Shown in pieces: positions 1 through 14,877 of a stretch of DNA of 64,000 bases. The notes below the pieces were generated by a model. It saw nothing but the letters and a program-made list of their open reading frames with translations, was not told the DNA's origin and made no database searches. The DNA is from Octopus sinensis (Eukaryota): positions 49,104,001-49,168,000 of the forward strand of contig NC_043007.1 of assembly GCF_006345805.1 (NCBI RefSeq), written 5' to 3'. The stretch's first letter is position 1. Every line of letters begins with the position of its first letter. The translations under genes and the position numbers were made by a program.

Positions 1-7
1 TACTATA

Positions 8-46
<39 letters not shown>

Positions 47-62
47 ATTATAGATATATATC

Positions 63-95
<33 letters not shown>

Positions 96-845
96 CATAT
101 ATTATATATATATATATGTATATATTGTATATATATATATTGTATATATATATATATCGTAGTATATGTATATGATGTATATATATGTATATATATTATG
201 TATATATATATTGTTGTATATATATGTATATATATATGTATGTATATATATATATGTATATATATGTATATTATATGTATATATATATATAGTTATTTAT
301 ATATGTATATATATGTATATATATATATAACGGGAAGCTTTATGAAAAAAACAAAAAGAAGAGGCAGGTGGCAAAAACGAACAATTGTATAGTATGGCGC
401 TCAGGAAATATAAATAAAACAAGTTTTCTTTAACGTCGAGCCTAACGCTCGTCAACGAAAGATACACAGAGGAGAAAAAACATATATGATATATATATAT
501 ATATATATATATAATATGATATATATATGTTCTTATATATATATATATGTTATATATATATTATGGTATATAATATATATATATATATATAGATATATAT
601 ATGTATATATGTATATATATATATGTATATATATGTGTACTATATATGTATATCTATATTTATGTGTATATATAATATATGTATATATACATATGTATAT
701 ATATATGTCTATATAATTGTATATATATATGTATATATATATGTATAATATATATGTATATATATATATGTATATATATAGGTATATATATATATATAGT
801 ATATATTATATATGTATAGATATATGTATATATATATATATGTAT
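1..845. repeat. Degenerate (TA)n/(TATG)n microsatellite tracts with a ~150 bp repeat fragment at 330-480
   Basis: Visible directly; ORFs 198..392 and 486..716 are YI-repeat translations. Confidence 0.9.
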
Positions 846-1312
846 TTGTAAAAAAATAAGTTCGAAAATGCTGCTATATTATACAATTTTTAATTTTTCA
901 TATATACATTATAACATGTTTCAGTTCTGGAAATGAACCTATCAAAAAAAAGTTAGTATATAAAAAAAGATAGTTCATGCTATCAAATATAAGAAATTCA
1001 TTTATAATACACAATGGAGTCAGACATCATAAAGGTTCAATATATAGTTTGAAGTGAGTTCGGTCATGCTATATGGTTTTAAAGTGTATATGCAGTGGTT
1101 CGTGGTTGGTGATATGCATTCAATATAAAAAATAGATCAAAGTGGTGGAATGCAGTCAATATAAAAAAACTGATGTTCCTGAAAGAGCGAGGAATTCATT
1201 TTTACCTGAGCAAATGTGATGACTTATGGTGAGTGTTCGCTGGATGATTTCTGGCGAATCTTGTGAATTGTTCGGGCTTTATAAACACTGTTAGGTGGTC
1301 AGTCCAGCGTAG

Positions 1313-1670
1313 CGTGACGTCATCAACGTTTTGACCAATCGTTTCGTTAGGTGGCTTAGTCAAGCAGAACGGGACGTCATCAACATTCTGACCAATCGTG
1401 ACCTATCGCTGTATTATAACTGTCTCTTGTCTGTATCCTGTTTTGACCAATCGTTTCGTTAGTTAGGTGGCTTAGTCAAGCAGAACGGGACTTCATCAAA
1501 ATCTGACCAATCACGACTTATAGCTGTATTAGATCTGCCCCTGTCTGTATCTTGTTAGTGACTAGTCAAGCAGAAAAGGACGTCATCAATATTCTGACTA
1601 ATCTCTGCCCCTTGTCTGTATCCTGTCCAGTCTAGCAGAACTAGACGTCATCAACGTGTGGACCAATCAG
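1313..1670. repeat. Degenerate tandem repeat of a GACGTCATCAA-N5/6-GACCAATC module (5 copies plus one partial)
   Basis: Module seen at ~1316, 1373, 1489, 1579 and 1644; the first two are 57 bp apart. Confidence 0.8.
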
Positions 1671-1918
1671 AATCGGGTCTGACCCTTAGTGTATCGTATG
1701 TGGTCAGTTCATCAGGGTTAGATTTGTACGAAGAAAGCTTTTTTATAAATTTTTTTCCCTTTTTTTCCTAAGGCATATTTCCGTCGTGCGAGTGACTGTT
1801 TAGGTAGCGGCCGTGGTGGAATTTGCTTCTCCTTTTCGGAGGACCAACTTTTGTTTAATATATCTTTGTTTTTAATATTCCTGGCCCAGTGGTGTTTAAA
1901 AACTTGGTCTATATTTGT

Positions 1919-2462
1919 TTATGAAATACAGTTCTTTATTTTGGCGTTGTGTGAAGGTTGCGTTGTCACTGAATTATAGAGCGGGTTAGTTGTAAATTTC
2001 GGATTTACATTTCCAGCACATCTATCTATGTGTCCGCTGACCGGTATTTTCCGGTAATCAGGGTTTCTAATTTGTGATTTATGCACCGCCATCTTGTTAC
2101 GTAAGCTATTTTTGTATGGCCTATATACTTGCCTATTGCAGCCTGCGCATGTTATGACGTAAATAAGTTTTCTGATGCGCAGGTGTGAAGTTAGTTCTAA
2201 TGGTGCTGCACTGGTGGCCTTGTTCCAGTATAAAATTCTGATCCTTCTTTCAAGATGACACAGATTCCGCAGTTGGGCCTTCCACATTTTCTAACTGCTG
2301 GTTTTGTGGTTGATGTGAGTGCAGTGTAGCTTGGGTTAAAATCCTTTTCAAGGATTTTGGTTGCCGTTTACTTTTAATGATGGTGGTGTTTCGAGGATCC
2401 GGTTCATCTTTGGGTCTCCCTTTAGTAGGCTGTGCTTTGTAGTATGGTGTTGAAGGCCTCAT
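1919..2462 (-). mobile_element. Penelope-like retroelement 3' fragment (linker and GIY-YIG endonuclease), frameshifted
   Basis: IIKSKRQPKSLKRIL, then LIYVITCAGC...LRNKMAVHKSQIRNPDYRKIPVSGHIDRC; homologous to the C-terminus of the element at 16347-18075. Confidence 0.75.
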
Positions 2463-2640
2463 TGTTGAGTGGGTTGTGTGTAGAGATGTAGGGAAGGTTT
2501 TTAATGTTCTTTCTTTTTTGGTTTTGTTTGTCCAGGTCTTCTATACTCAGGTCTTCTATATATATGTATATATGTATATATATATATGTATATATATATA
2601 TATGTATATATATACAGATATGTATATATATACAGATATG

Positions 2641-2708
<68 letters not shown>

Positions 2709-2712
2709 ATGT

Positions 2713-3262
2713 ATATCAAACTAAGGTTGTAGAACAAACAAATGCAAGGTCATCCGCATAACATTTCATAATTCGAACATTTAATCATAGAATATACATA
2801 TAAACATCCCGCAAGATGGAACATAATTCATCTGTACAAGCATATAAGCATATAATAAGGTGCGAGAAAAAAAGTTCATCACGGTTTAGAGTTAATACTT
2901 TAGCGATTCAGAAAAATACATGTTTTTTTTTAAACATTACAACACCTAGAAAGTAAAAATATAATATAAAGTAATATATAAAAATATATAGGTATATAAA
3001 AATATATAAAATATAAAAATATGTAAAATATATATATATATATATATAGGAAGAATATAAAAAAATATATAATATCTTGATGTACCCTAGTGCTTTAAAC
3101 ATAATAATACACCCCTGAAATGGCCATAGGGATTAAGTAAATATGGTTTCCTCTTTTTTAACTATAAGGCTTCTCTTACTTGAATAATAATTTTATAAGA
3201 TTTCTAAACGATGAACTTTTATTTTATTTACATGATATATATTATATATTTTTTATATGCTT

Positions 3263-3298
<36 letters not shown>

Positions 3299-3592
3299 AT
3301 ATATTTTTATATACCTATATATTTTTATATATTACTTTATATTATATTTTTACTTTCTAGGTGTTGTAATGTTTTTTTTTTTAAATGTATTTTTTTGAAT
3401 CGCTAAATTATTAACTCTAAACCGTGATGAACTTTTTTTCTCGCACCTTATTATATGCTTATTGCTTGTACAGATGAATTATGTTCCATCTTGCGGGATG
3501 TTTATATGTATATTCTATGATTAAATGTTCGAATTATGAAATGTTATGCGGATGGCCTTGCATTTGTTTGTTCAATACCTTTAGTTTGATAT
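2713..3592. repeat. Long imperfect inverted repeat (arms ~2713-3075 and ~3235-3592) next to (TA)n
   Basis: aaacatcccgcaagatggaacataattcatctgtacaagc (~2802) is the reverse complement of gcttgtacagatgaattatgttccatcttgcgggatgttt (~3464). Confidence 0.85.
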
Positions 3593-4480
3593 TTTTGTCT
3601 CTTTCAATAGAGCACTTCTTTAGCAGTCCTATTAATCTTTTTGTTCCTGACAAGAAACAATCACTGTATTATTGATATATATATGTATATATATATATAT
3701 ATAATAACAATTTAACAAATAAAACATATGCATACATGCATATATGTACATACCTACATCTATATGTATATATACATGCATATATATATATGAGTACAGG
3801 ACACCACAAATAAACGTAGAACACAATGAGAAACGAAAACATAAAAACATAAAAACAAGGAAACGAAAAAACAGAGTACAAGATAAACAATACAAGGAAT
3901 ATTCCCTTTCATCAGCTGCCCCTGGTGCGACTCAATGCGTGTTTCGAGGGTAAGGGCAGAACACGATGCGGTCGAAGCAATCATTCCTGCGAAATGAATT
4001 AAATAAAATTCTTTTGCAGAGGGGTAAAAAAAAAAGAAAAAAGGTGACAAGAACAGGACGTAAAAGCAATACAAGTAAATAAAAATACAGTACACATAAA
4101 GAATAAAAACAGGACAAGGAAACCAACATTAAGGGCTTTTTTAAGCCTATACGGTGGAAAAATTCGTTGGAACGCAATTCAGAAGATCGACTTGCTAGAG
4201 ACAGAAGAAAGTCGATGTTGACTTGTTGAAATCAGTGAGCGAAAGGAAGTTTAGTAGTCCGGTCTGCGGCCAGAGAGAGGAGGAGTGAGAGAGATGGAGG
4301 AGGAGGAGTGAGAGAGAGAGAGAGAGATAGAGAGGAAAAGAAACCAGAAAGGGTGAAAAATAAGGAGACAGACAAGTAGAGAGGAAGACAGACCGGCAGG
4401 AAGAAAAGGTCAAGTAAAGAGTTAAAGAGTGCGCGTCATAATTATATATATATATAGCTATACATACATACATACATACA

Positions 4481-4546
<66 letters not shown>

Positions 4547-4565
4547 TATACATGCATGCATACAT

Positions 4566-4633
<68 letters not shown>

Positions 4634-4671
4634 CATATATATATATATCTGCACACACACATATATACGCA

Positions 4672-4806
4672 GGGAAATAATTTTAATTCTCAAACGCAGG
4701 ATGATGCTGGCCACCGACACATTTTACTGCAGAATATGGGTAGCTTATCCTGTTCATGCTATATTATTAGCATTATCCTGCATTTGAGAATAAAATTATA
4801 TCCTTA
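4672..4806. repeat. Short inverted repeat or hairpin (MITE-like)
   Basis: ataattttaattctcaaacgcaggatgatgct versus agcattatcctgcatttgagaataaaattat. Confidence 0.55.
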
Positions 4807-5112
4807 TCTTTCGATACATCTCAACGCTTGTAAAGCAACCTTTGTTTACTTTCATTGTAATTTGAATTTAACACAAACACACACACACACACACAATTAT
4901 ATATACATATAAATATACATATATATAAATATACACATATATATATTTATGAATATACATATATATATATAAATATACACACACAGACACACATATATAT
5001 ATAAATACACACACACACACATATATATATATATATGTATGTATATAAGAATTTTTTGCGTAATGAGATAAAAAAACCAAGGCTGTGTAGATAGAACATT
5101 TATAGATAGAAG

Positions 5113-5164
5113 GTCTTACAGCTGTTTCCAGGATATTTATTAATTATATCCCTTCATCGGAGAC
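5113..5164 (-). ncRNA. Minimal type I hammerhead ribozyme, variant core
   Basis: Minus strand reads GUCU-CCGAUGA-A-GGGAUAU..AUAUCCU-G-GAAA-CAGCUG-UA-AGAC; palindromic stem III, GUA cleavage site, U4 replaced by C. Confidence 0.6.
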
Positions 5165-6119
5165 GGTGTGATAGGATGGTTAAGTCATATTTAGTTTAGA
5201 TGTGATACAAAATAGAGACTGAGGTGGAGGAAAGAAAATAGATGTAAGATATGTATGGATATTGAAGTTGTAAATCCATTTTTTAGGCAGAATGGTATAT
5301 ATGTAATATTCCAATACCTTATAAGTAAAGTCCAAAAGTCCAACAGAGTTTGAAATTTATACACAAATTAAATAAATACTTTAAATTTATACACAAATTA
5401 AATAAATACTTTAAATAAAAACCTTTGACTCTGCAACACTGTATATAAATTCTCTACTTGGAATGACCAAAGTTTAAAAACTGCTGGATCTCACTCATAA
5501 GGGAATCTTACATTGTGTATAAATTATGCACGTCCACAAATTAGCACGTATACCGCTCCAATTTTAGGAGGACATTCGTCACGATCCTAGCTGGGTTTTG
5601 TCAACTTATTTTTCCTGAGATATCCTCGGATAGCGGTAAAAATAGATTTTCATTCATAACTTTTACCAATTTTCACATCGGTGAAATCCGATGTTTGCTA
5701 ACATGAGTTAAGTCCTCTACGATGGCGACTATTATACAGAAAAAAACAAAAATAAACTATTTCGTTTTTAAATTTAGTTTGTAAGATTCTTTATGTCAGT
5801 TCGTGTGGTCTGAAAGAAATATATATATATATAATTTTAATCCAAACGGGAAACAAAAAAACAACAACAATGGAACAATTACAGTATTATTATTAATAGG
5901 CGCTCAGGAAAAGGAAGCAGGGAGGTATGACGTTTCGAGCGGAGCTCTTCGTCGGAAACATAAAGAAGGAAGAGAGAGGAAAGAAAGATCCCAGAGCGGG
6001 CAACAGGGAAAGAGAAAAAAGACGACTGGTGTTTACGAGTTGCACATGGTGAAAGGCGGATGTTTACGAAAACAGAGCAAAGTGGGTTTTTAAAGGCAAA
6101 AGAGTGGAGACAAGGTTGG

Positions 6120-8500
6120 TAACGTAACAGGGTGTGTATGTGTGTGAGTGTGTGCGTGTGCGTGTGTGTATGTGTGTGTGTGAGGCGAGATGAAAAAACA
6201 AAAAAATATATATGTGTGTGTTAGTGTGTGCGTCTGTGTGTAGGCGTGTGAGGTAGTAGGGCGAGACTAGTGGTCAGCTTAGCAGACAAGGTCAGTAGTA
6301 AGAAAAAGAAGGAAGGAGGAAGGGAGGGAGGGGAAGGGGTGGGGGCGTATGTAGCGTGCCAGCGTGTGTGTTGAGTAGTAGTGTGTGTGTGTGTCCAGTG
6401 TCGTGGTGGTATAAATGGCGAGTAGATTGAATGTGTGTAAGAGTAATGTATATATTTAAGCAATGTGTGTATATGTGTGCGCGTGTGTGTAACGAAAAAG
6501 GGGGGTTAAGGAAAAAGGACTCCAGCTGAGGGGAAGATGGAAGAGTGGTCCCGCGGAGGCGGGCGTGGGAAAACCCAACGACACGCGACGGTCCCAGGAA
6601 CGGGCGGGAGGTCTTGTCGGTTCCAAGAGCGAGGTGCCTGCGGAGCGTATGCGTACGCGAACCGGCGCAAGCGCGTGCGTGCGCGTGCCTGCGAGTATGT
6701 GCGTAAGTATGTATGTGTGTGGATGTGTGAGTGTGTCTGTGTGTATGTCCGGGTGGCAGTGTGTCCGATGAATGTATGTGAGTATGTGTGTATGTATGTG
6801 TGTGCATAGATGTATGTCCGTGTGTGTGTGTGTGTGTGTATGTGTGTGAGTGTGTATGTATGTACGTGTGGGTGTGGGGAAGTGTGTGTATGTGCATGTG
6901 TGTGCGCGTACATACAGGTGTGTGAGTGAGTGTGTGTGTATGTATGTGTGAGTGTGTATGTATGTGTGTGTAGGATGCATGTATGTGTATGGGTGTATGT
7001 ATGCGTGTGTGTATGTATGTATGTGTACGTGCGTGTGTGTGTGTGTATGCGTGTAGGTGTGCGCGTGTGCATGCATGCATGCATGTGCGTATGTGTGTGT
7101 GTGTGCATGTGTGTGGGTATATATGTATGTGCGTATATGTGTGTGTGTGTGCGTATATGTGTGTGTGTGTATGCATGTGTGTGTATGTAGGTGTGTAGGC
7201 GTGTGTGTATAGGTGTATGTATGTAAGTATGTATGGGTGTGTCCGTGTATGTGTGTGTATGTATGTGTGTGTATGTAGGTGTGTGGGCGTGTGTATATGT
7301 GTGTGTATGTAGGTGTGTGGGCGTGTGTATATAGGTGTATGTGTGTATGTCTGGGTGTGTCCGTGCATGTTTGTGTGTGTGTGTGTATGCATGTGTATGT
7401 AGGTGTGTGTGTACGTGTGTAATGTATGTGTGTATGCGTGTGTGTGTGTATGTAGGTGCGTGTGTATGTGTGTGGGAGTGTAGGTGTGTGTGTGCGTGTG
7501 CGTGTGCGTGTTTATGTTGGTGTGTGCGTATGTGAGTGTGAGTGTATGGGTGTTTGTCATGCATGTGTGTGCGCGTGCAGGTGAGTGTGTGTGTAAGTAT
7601 GTGTGTGTGTATGTTTGTGTGAGTGTGTATGTGTGTATGTCTGTGTGTATGTATGTGCGTATAGGAGTATGTGGGTATGTGTGTGTGTATGTATATGGGT
7701 GTATGTATGTATGTGTGTGTGTGTGCATGTGTATAAGTATATGTGTGTGTGCGTATGTGTGTATATGTGTATGTGTGTGTGTTTATGTATGTGTGTATGT
7801 ATGTGTGTAGGCGTGTGTGTGTAGATGTATGTATGTATGGGTGTGTGTCCGTGTGTGTTTGTGTGTGTGTGTAGGTAGATGTGTGTGTATGAGTGAGGGT
7901 ATGGCTGTGTAGGTGTGTGTGTGTATGAATGTAAGTGTGTGTGTATACAAGTGTAATGTATGTATGTAGGTGTGTGTGTGTGTGTATGTGTACGTGTGCG
8001 TGTGTATGTGTGTGTGTATGCGTGTGAGTGTGAGTGTATGGGTGTATGTCTGTGTGTGTGTATGTCTGAAGTAGGTATGTATGTGTATGTATGTATGTGT
8101 GTGTGTGTGTGTGCAGGTATGTGTGTGTATGTGTGTGTGTGAGTAGGTGTGCGTGTATGTATGTGGGTAGGGATGCATGCGAGTGTGTGGGTATGTATGC
8201 ATACATACGCACGCGCACATCCGAAGCAAGCCCACACACACGAAGCGCGCCCACGCACACAACGCACAAGCAGTACAACGCAAGCCCAAGGGGCCGACCA
8301 AGCCCCCAGCGCGCGCCAAGGCGCGCGAGCGCAAAGGCCCTCGAACGCCCCGCTACGCGGGAACCGAGGGTCCATCAGCCAAAACCGGAAAGCAGAAAAG
8401 AGGGGGGGCTGCCTGGATGCAAAAAGGTGTATGTGTGTGTGCATTCAGTGTAAGGGTGTGCATGTGTAGGTATGTATGTATATATATATATATATAGTTT
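6120..8500. repeat. Long degenerate (TG)/(TATG) low-complexity tract with two GC-rich islands
   Basis: Visible directly; the long H/T/Y-rich ORFs (for example 6506..8278) are artefacts of it. Confidence 0.85.
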
Positions 8501-9104
8501 TATTTATACAGAAAAACAAGGATGAACCGCTCTGAAAGAAATGTATATACAGTATACATATAGTATGTGTATATATTCAATTTTTCTATATATTTCGTTT
8601 TAAATGAAATTTTGAATGTTAGATATTTAATGTTGGTTTATTCAATTGGAATTACGATATAATTAGCAACTAGCACATTTCGTTTCTTAATTTCTGTTTG
8701 TTTTAATATTTAAATTCTTTATTTGACTGTTATTTTCAGCCACAACATACTTATTTATTTCTGTTTATGAAATTCTCTGTACGTACTTTTGCTTTCTCTG
8801 CGATCGAAGCAAATCGATGACTTCGTACTATAGCCGTTTTTCTTCCTATGTGATTTAAAGCATTTTTTGATATGTGGCATTTCAACATTAGAAACGAGTT
8901 CCGAACATGCTATTCAAGTTCGCTGAAACTTATTTCCTGCCACTCAAAATAACAACTCAAATGGGATAAAGAGTACACGCATCACAACAACAACAGCAAG
9001 TGCGCGTGTGTGTGTGTGTAGACTTACAATATATCCTATTGTTAAGAAAATTTTACACAATCATTCAATAAAACTAAAATGGGATAAAAAGTACACGCTT
9101 TATC

Positions 9105-10660
9105 CGCCTAAGCAGTGCAACGGGACCTGCTTGGTAGTCAAGTCCCTGACGCCCCACTTTATTGAGGCCACCATTGTTACGGGGTACGGGAGGGAGGAAA
9201 ATGTTTTCATTTCAAGGAGGCACCTTTATCCCACGGGGTCAGACATGCCGTTTAACATCCGCAGATCGCCATGTCAATCAACAAATCTCAAGGCCAAACA
9301 ATATCGGTGGCGGTCATCCATTTGGGGAAGCCGTGCTTTTCACATGGGCAACTTTATGTGGCCTGCTCCTGTGTGGGGAGTAGAAACACTCTTTTTGTGT
9401 ATGCTCCACAGGGCAGAACATGCATTGTTGTCTATAGCGAAGTAGAAAGAAGAACAAGTCATCACTGCAGCCCATATGGTTATAAACAGGTGATACGGAA
9501 GCATTGGCCAGACATATTCTCAAACCATGGCGGCATGACTCATGGACTCTTCCTCTTTTTTTATTGGACAATGCTGACTTCTCCAACAACAATGCTCACT
9601 CGGTCGATATCATTGCTTGGCCAAGTTGCTCATAGAGTTAGGCTAGAAGGGCCAGGTCCCTTATTTTTTTGTTAAGGCTGTTGGTGAGTTTTCCTAAGTT
9701 ACTCCAATTCGGATCCCCAATGCAAACTTTTGAATCAACCTTCTCCAATGCAGATCTCTAATGCAACCTTATCCAATCCAAATCTTTGAGTCAACCTTCT
9801 TCACTGCAGATCTCCAATGCAAACCTTCGATGCAACCTTCTCCAATGCATATTTTCGATGCAGCCTTGACTGATAGTGCTCCTAAGAGGTTTTAGGATTA
9901 GATCGGGATTAGTCACTGCCTTTTAGAGGCTCCAGGGCCCCCTTTCGCTAGGTTAGCTTAAGCTTAGGTTAAGGCTTATTTGTGATCCGAACATAGCCTC
10001 TTCTGACACAGAGGATCGGGAGCCCTTTTGGGCATTCTATTTTCCTTGCCGGATGGGCTCCCAACTAATGGTCCAGGGTGGGGGGAGAGGTTAGATGATG
10101 AGGGCAGGGTTCGAAAGGGCCGGCATGTGCAACCTGATCACCTCTGCCGGTCAAACTCCCAACCCACGCGTTCCTGTCGTGATAATGAACTGGGTTGGAT
10201 ATGAAAACCAACTTTAAAGTATAAATATAGATTTTTTGAATCAGCAACGTTGTGTTCGGTTAAGTCCTATTTTGAGTGAAAATCAGGATGAAAAATCAAT
10301 AAACCGATTCCTTATAGAATTTCCCACTAAAATTGGCTATACCCTATGTTCATCCATAACTTTTATCAGTTTTGTTCAAACTTGGTGCCGGCGTTACTTA
10401 GTACTCATGGGATCTTTGAATGCTTTAAATTCTCCCCCCACCAAAAAAAAACAATCGATGAATGGAAAAATCGATAAAACGATTCCTTATGGATTTCCCA
10501 ATCAAATTGTCTGTAATCTATCTTCAGCCAAATGTTTACCAATTTCAATAGATTTTGCTCAAATTTGACGTCGGTGTTACTTAGTTTGGTTTGAAACAAA
10601 GCGCTTGATTAGCTTAATGATCCTAACTTAATCTCGGGCAGCGCCGGGCTATACTGCTAG
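9105..10660 (+). mobile_element. Helitron fragment: degraded PIF1-like helicase C-terminus plus 3' hairpin and CTAG end
   Basis: CNGTCLVVKSL..IEATIVTG..VFI, MSINKSQGQT, CFSHGQLYVACS motifs; ends ctcgggcagcgccggg-ctatactg-CTAG|T at 10660. The 5' limit is uncertain. Confidence 0.8.
9715..9866. repeat. Short degenerate tandem repeat with a caaccttctccaatgca core, inside the Helitron
   Basis: Several variants of caaccttctccaatgca/gatctc visible. Confidence 0.6.
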
Positions 10661-10664
10661 TTCT

Positions 10665-12076
10665 TTTATATGTTTCAGTCCAATGATTGTGGCCATGCTG
10701 GAGCACCGCCACTGTAATCATCTTTCCACTTTCCACCTTTGTCGGAACGGCATTTGGTGAAGGATGGAGTTCGATGCTACTGCCCTCTTTTGAGTTTCTT
10801 GCTTAGATATTTGCTCATCCTGGATTTCGGCGAGCCAGAGGTCAATTTCACGTTTGAAAACGTCTACATCCACTCAATGGAGGCTCCTCAGATGCTTCGG
10901 CAGACAGTTAAACGGCTGTGGGCCCCTGAAACCCAAGCTATTGCAGTACATCGTCCTTGCCCGAGATGAAACAGTCGGCACAGTGGAGACAGCACAGTGA
11001 CGTCCTGTTCGTGGTCTGGTATAGCTCATTATTCCATAGTTTGGTACCAGTCCTTCCAGTATCTTCCATATATATATATATATCACTGCATACCTCTCCC
11101 GCCTTTGTTCCAGGGAATAGAGTCGTAGCTCTTTCTATCTGTCCCAGTAGCTCAGTCGTTCCATTGATGCAATTTTCTTTGTGTAATGTCGTTGGACTGC
11201 TTCAAGCTGTGCTATCGTCCTTGTAGTATAAGGTGACCATAGCCGAGAGCAGTAGTCCAGTTGGCTGAGGATAAATGACTTCCATAGTGTCATCATAATT
11301 TCTTGGTCCCTTGTCCGGAAGGTTCTCAGAAACCAACCGGCCAGTCTTCTGGACACTGCTACCATTTTGTTGATATGTGTGTGAAATGTTGCTCATTTCT
11401 ATTCCAAGATCACGCACCGTATTTGATTCAGGAATCGTTGCTCCACTTGGTCCAACGTACTGATGTCGTGATTCCTGAGCTGTGCTTAACTGGTAGCAGA
11501 GGGCCTAGAATTTGCTTGCATTAAATTGCATGTTGTTATCATCAGCCCATGTATAGATGGTATCGAGATCTTTCTGTAAGAGCGTAGCATCAGAGGTTTC
11601 CTTGACTGACTGTGCGACTTTTGTGTCTTCGGCATAGCTGGTAAGCGTGACTGCCTCTGTCACTGATGGCATATCCGATAGGGCTGCCATGAAAAGCACA
11701 GTGCCCTGGGGCACTCCACTCACTATTGGTGTCTCTGTGGAGAGAGCTCCGTTGGCTGCTACAGTTTGGCTCCTGTCCTTTAGGAAATCATGCAGCCACT
11801 CTCCGACTTTACCTGTGATGCCGAGTCCCCGTATTTTGTGGCATATCATTCCATGGTCGACTTTGTCAAATGCCTTCGCAAAGTCGAGGTATACCACCTT
11901 TGAGCAGTTCATTAATTGCTTCAGTACCCAGTCATAGTGTCGCAGAAGCTGTGTAAGACAGCTCATTCCCGGGCGAAAGGCATGTTGGGTGTCAGAGAGC
12001 AGGTCATTGTCATAAAGGAACTCAATCAGTCTTTTCCTGACAATGCGTTCCATGACTTTACTGACGTGGGAGGTCA
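10665..12076 (-). mobile_element. CR1/L2-group non-LTR retrotransposon, 5'-truncated RT with 3' tail
   Basis: [62 protein letters not shown]; tail ggcggtgctccagcatggcc..ctgaaaca at 10671-10710. Confidence 0.85.
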
Positions 12077-12160
12077 GGGAAAAAATTAATTCAAAAAGGA
12101 ATACACACATATACACTTACACAAAAACACACACACACACACATATATATATACATAAAT

Positions 12161-12233
<73 letters not shown>

Positions 12234-12290
12234 CAGACACACATATATATATACACACATATATACACACACACACATATATATATACAC

Positions 12291-12387
<97 letters not shown>

Positions 12388-12609
12388 CAAAAGAACATAC
12401 GCATAAACATAAACCTACATGCATTCAAAACTACACATACGAAATATATTAATGTATATATAGGAAAAAACACAAAAAAACAATAACAATAATAATCTAA
12501 AAAACTATATTAACCTAGTTAAGTCTAATTTCATCAGATGTATTCGATCCATTATTAAATCAATCTTTTGTAACTCTAGATATGCTAAAATATTTAATAA
12601 CAAAATGAT

Positions 12610-12735
12610 CAGATTATGAGGTAAAAGGGAACTGTAAAAAGAAAAATGTAATGTACAAAGCTACTGTTATAACCCATGACCTCCCTAAGTTTAATTATAT
12701 AGGTTGTACACAGAACACATTTAAATTGCGTTTAA
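12610..12735 (+). mobile_element. Penelope-like GIY-YIG fragment
   Basis: NCKKKNVMYKATVITH...YIGCTQNTFKLR. Confidence 0.55.
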
Positions 12736-12865
12736 CTTTGCCAGATCAGATTGGAGCGTGGTGCAACCTTTTGACTTGCCAGCCCTCAGTCACACCGTCC
12801 AGCCCACGCCAGCATGGAAAGCAGACGTTAAACGACGACGATAATGATGATGATGATGATGATGA

Positions 12866-12908
<43 letters not shown>

Positions 12909-12925
12909 TAGTATATAAGTATAAG

Positions 12926-14107
<1,182 letters not shown>

Positions 14108-14348
14108 GCAATTAAGGACAACTACTTAATAAGGAAAACTTAACAAGAAATTGTCAGGTAGATAGCGTAAAAACCTCATAAGAGAAAAATTTCGAAAATA
14201 ATTATTTCTTATTGGACATATTAATTTATATATATAGAGGGCATTATACATACATGCCAAACGCTAAGAGGGACAATCAGTCATTTCTACCAAAAATATT
14301 ACTAATCCCACCGAATGCAATTTTTCAAAGTAAGACATTTAAAAATAT

Positions 14349-14396
14349 AGACCTGTATCACAGTGATTTCATACTTACGTAATCATCAGCAGGCCT
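14349..14396 (-). ncRNA. Type I hammerhead ribozyme, array copy 1
   Basis: AGGCCUG-CUGAUGA-UUAC GUAA GUAU-GAAA-UCACUGUGA-UA-CAGGUCU: 7-bp stem I, intact core, GNRA-capped stem II with a U.U closing pair, near-palindromic stem III. Confidence 0.75.
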
Positions 14397-14829
14397 GAAT
14401 GTATTATAAATAAACAACGACCCTGCCCCGCTTAAGCCGATCAGCTAACTGATCAACATCAACGAAGCACATGGGTGAGTTTACATATATTACATCCGGG
14501 TAAATGGCAAACTTTTACGAATTGCATTTCGGGAGAGGAAAAGTTTTTTCGGAATAAAAATTTAGCAATTAAGGACAACTACTTAATAAGGAAAACTTAA
14601 CAAGAAATTGTCAGGTAGATAGCGTAAAAACCTCATAAGAGAAAAAATTTCGAAAATAATTATTTCTTATTGAACATATTAATTTATATATATAGAGGGC
14701 ATTATACATACATGCCAGAAGGCATTATACATACATGCCAAACGCTAAGAGGGACAATCAGTCATTTCTACCAAAAATATTACTAATCCCACCGAATGCA
14801 ATTTTTCAAAGTAAGACATTTAAAAATAT

Positions 14830-14877
14830 AGACCTGTATCACAGTGATTTCATACTTACGTAATCATCAGCAGGCCT
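14830..14877 (-). ncRNA. Type I hammerhead ribozyme, array copy 2
   Basis: Same sequence as copy 1. Confidence 0.75.

Noticed and set aside
905-1045. Possible hammerhead (GAAA-CAUG-UU on the minus strand)
   Set aside because: The CUGANGA core is not recognisable and stem I is unsupported
6540-8420. GC-rich islands at ~6540-6690 and ~8215-8420
   Set aside because: They faintly resemble garbled SINE pieces inside a noisy tract; low-quality consensus is plausible and no structure could be supported
6292-8444. Long His/Thr/Tyr-rich ORFs (478, 590 and 295 aa)
   Set aside because: Translations of a degenerate CA/TG tract that lacks stops by composition; no domain content
12505-12545. Minus-strand CUGAUGA as a hammerhead
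   Set aside because: No GAAA and stem III at a suitable distance
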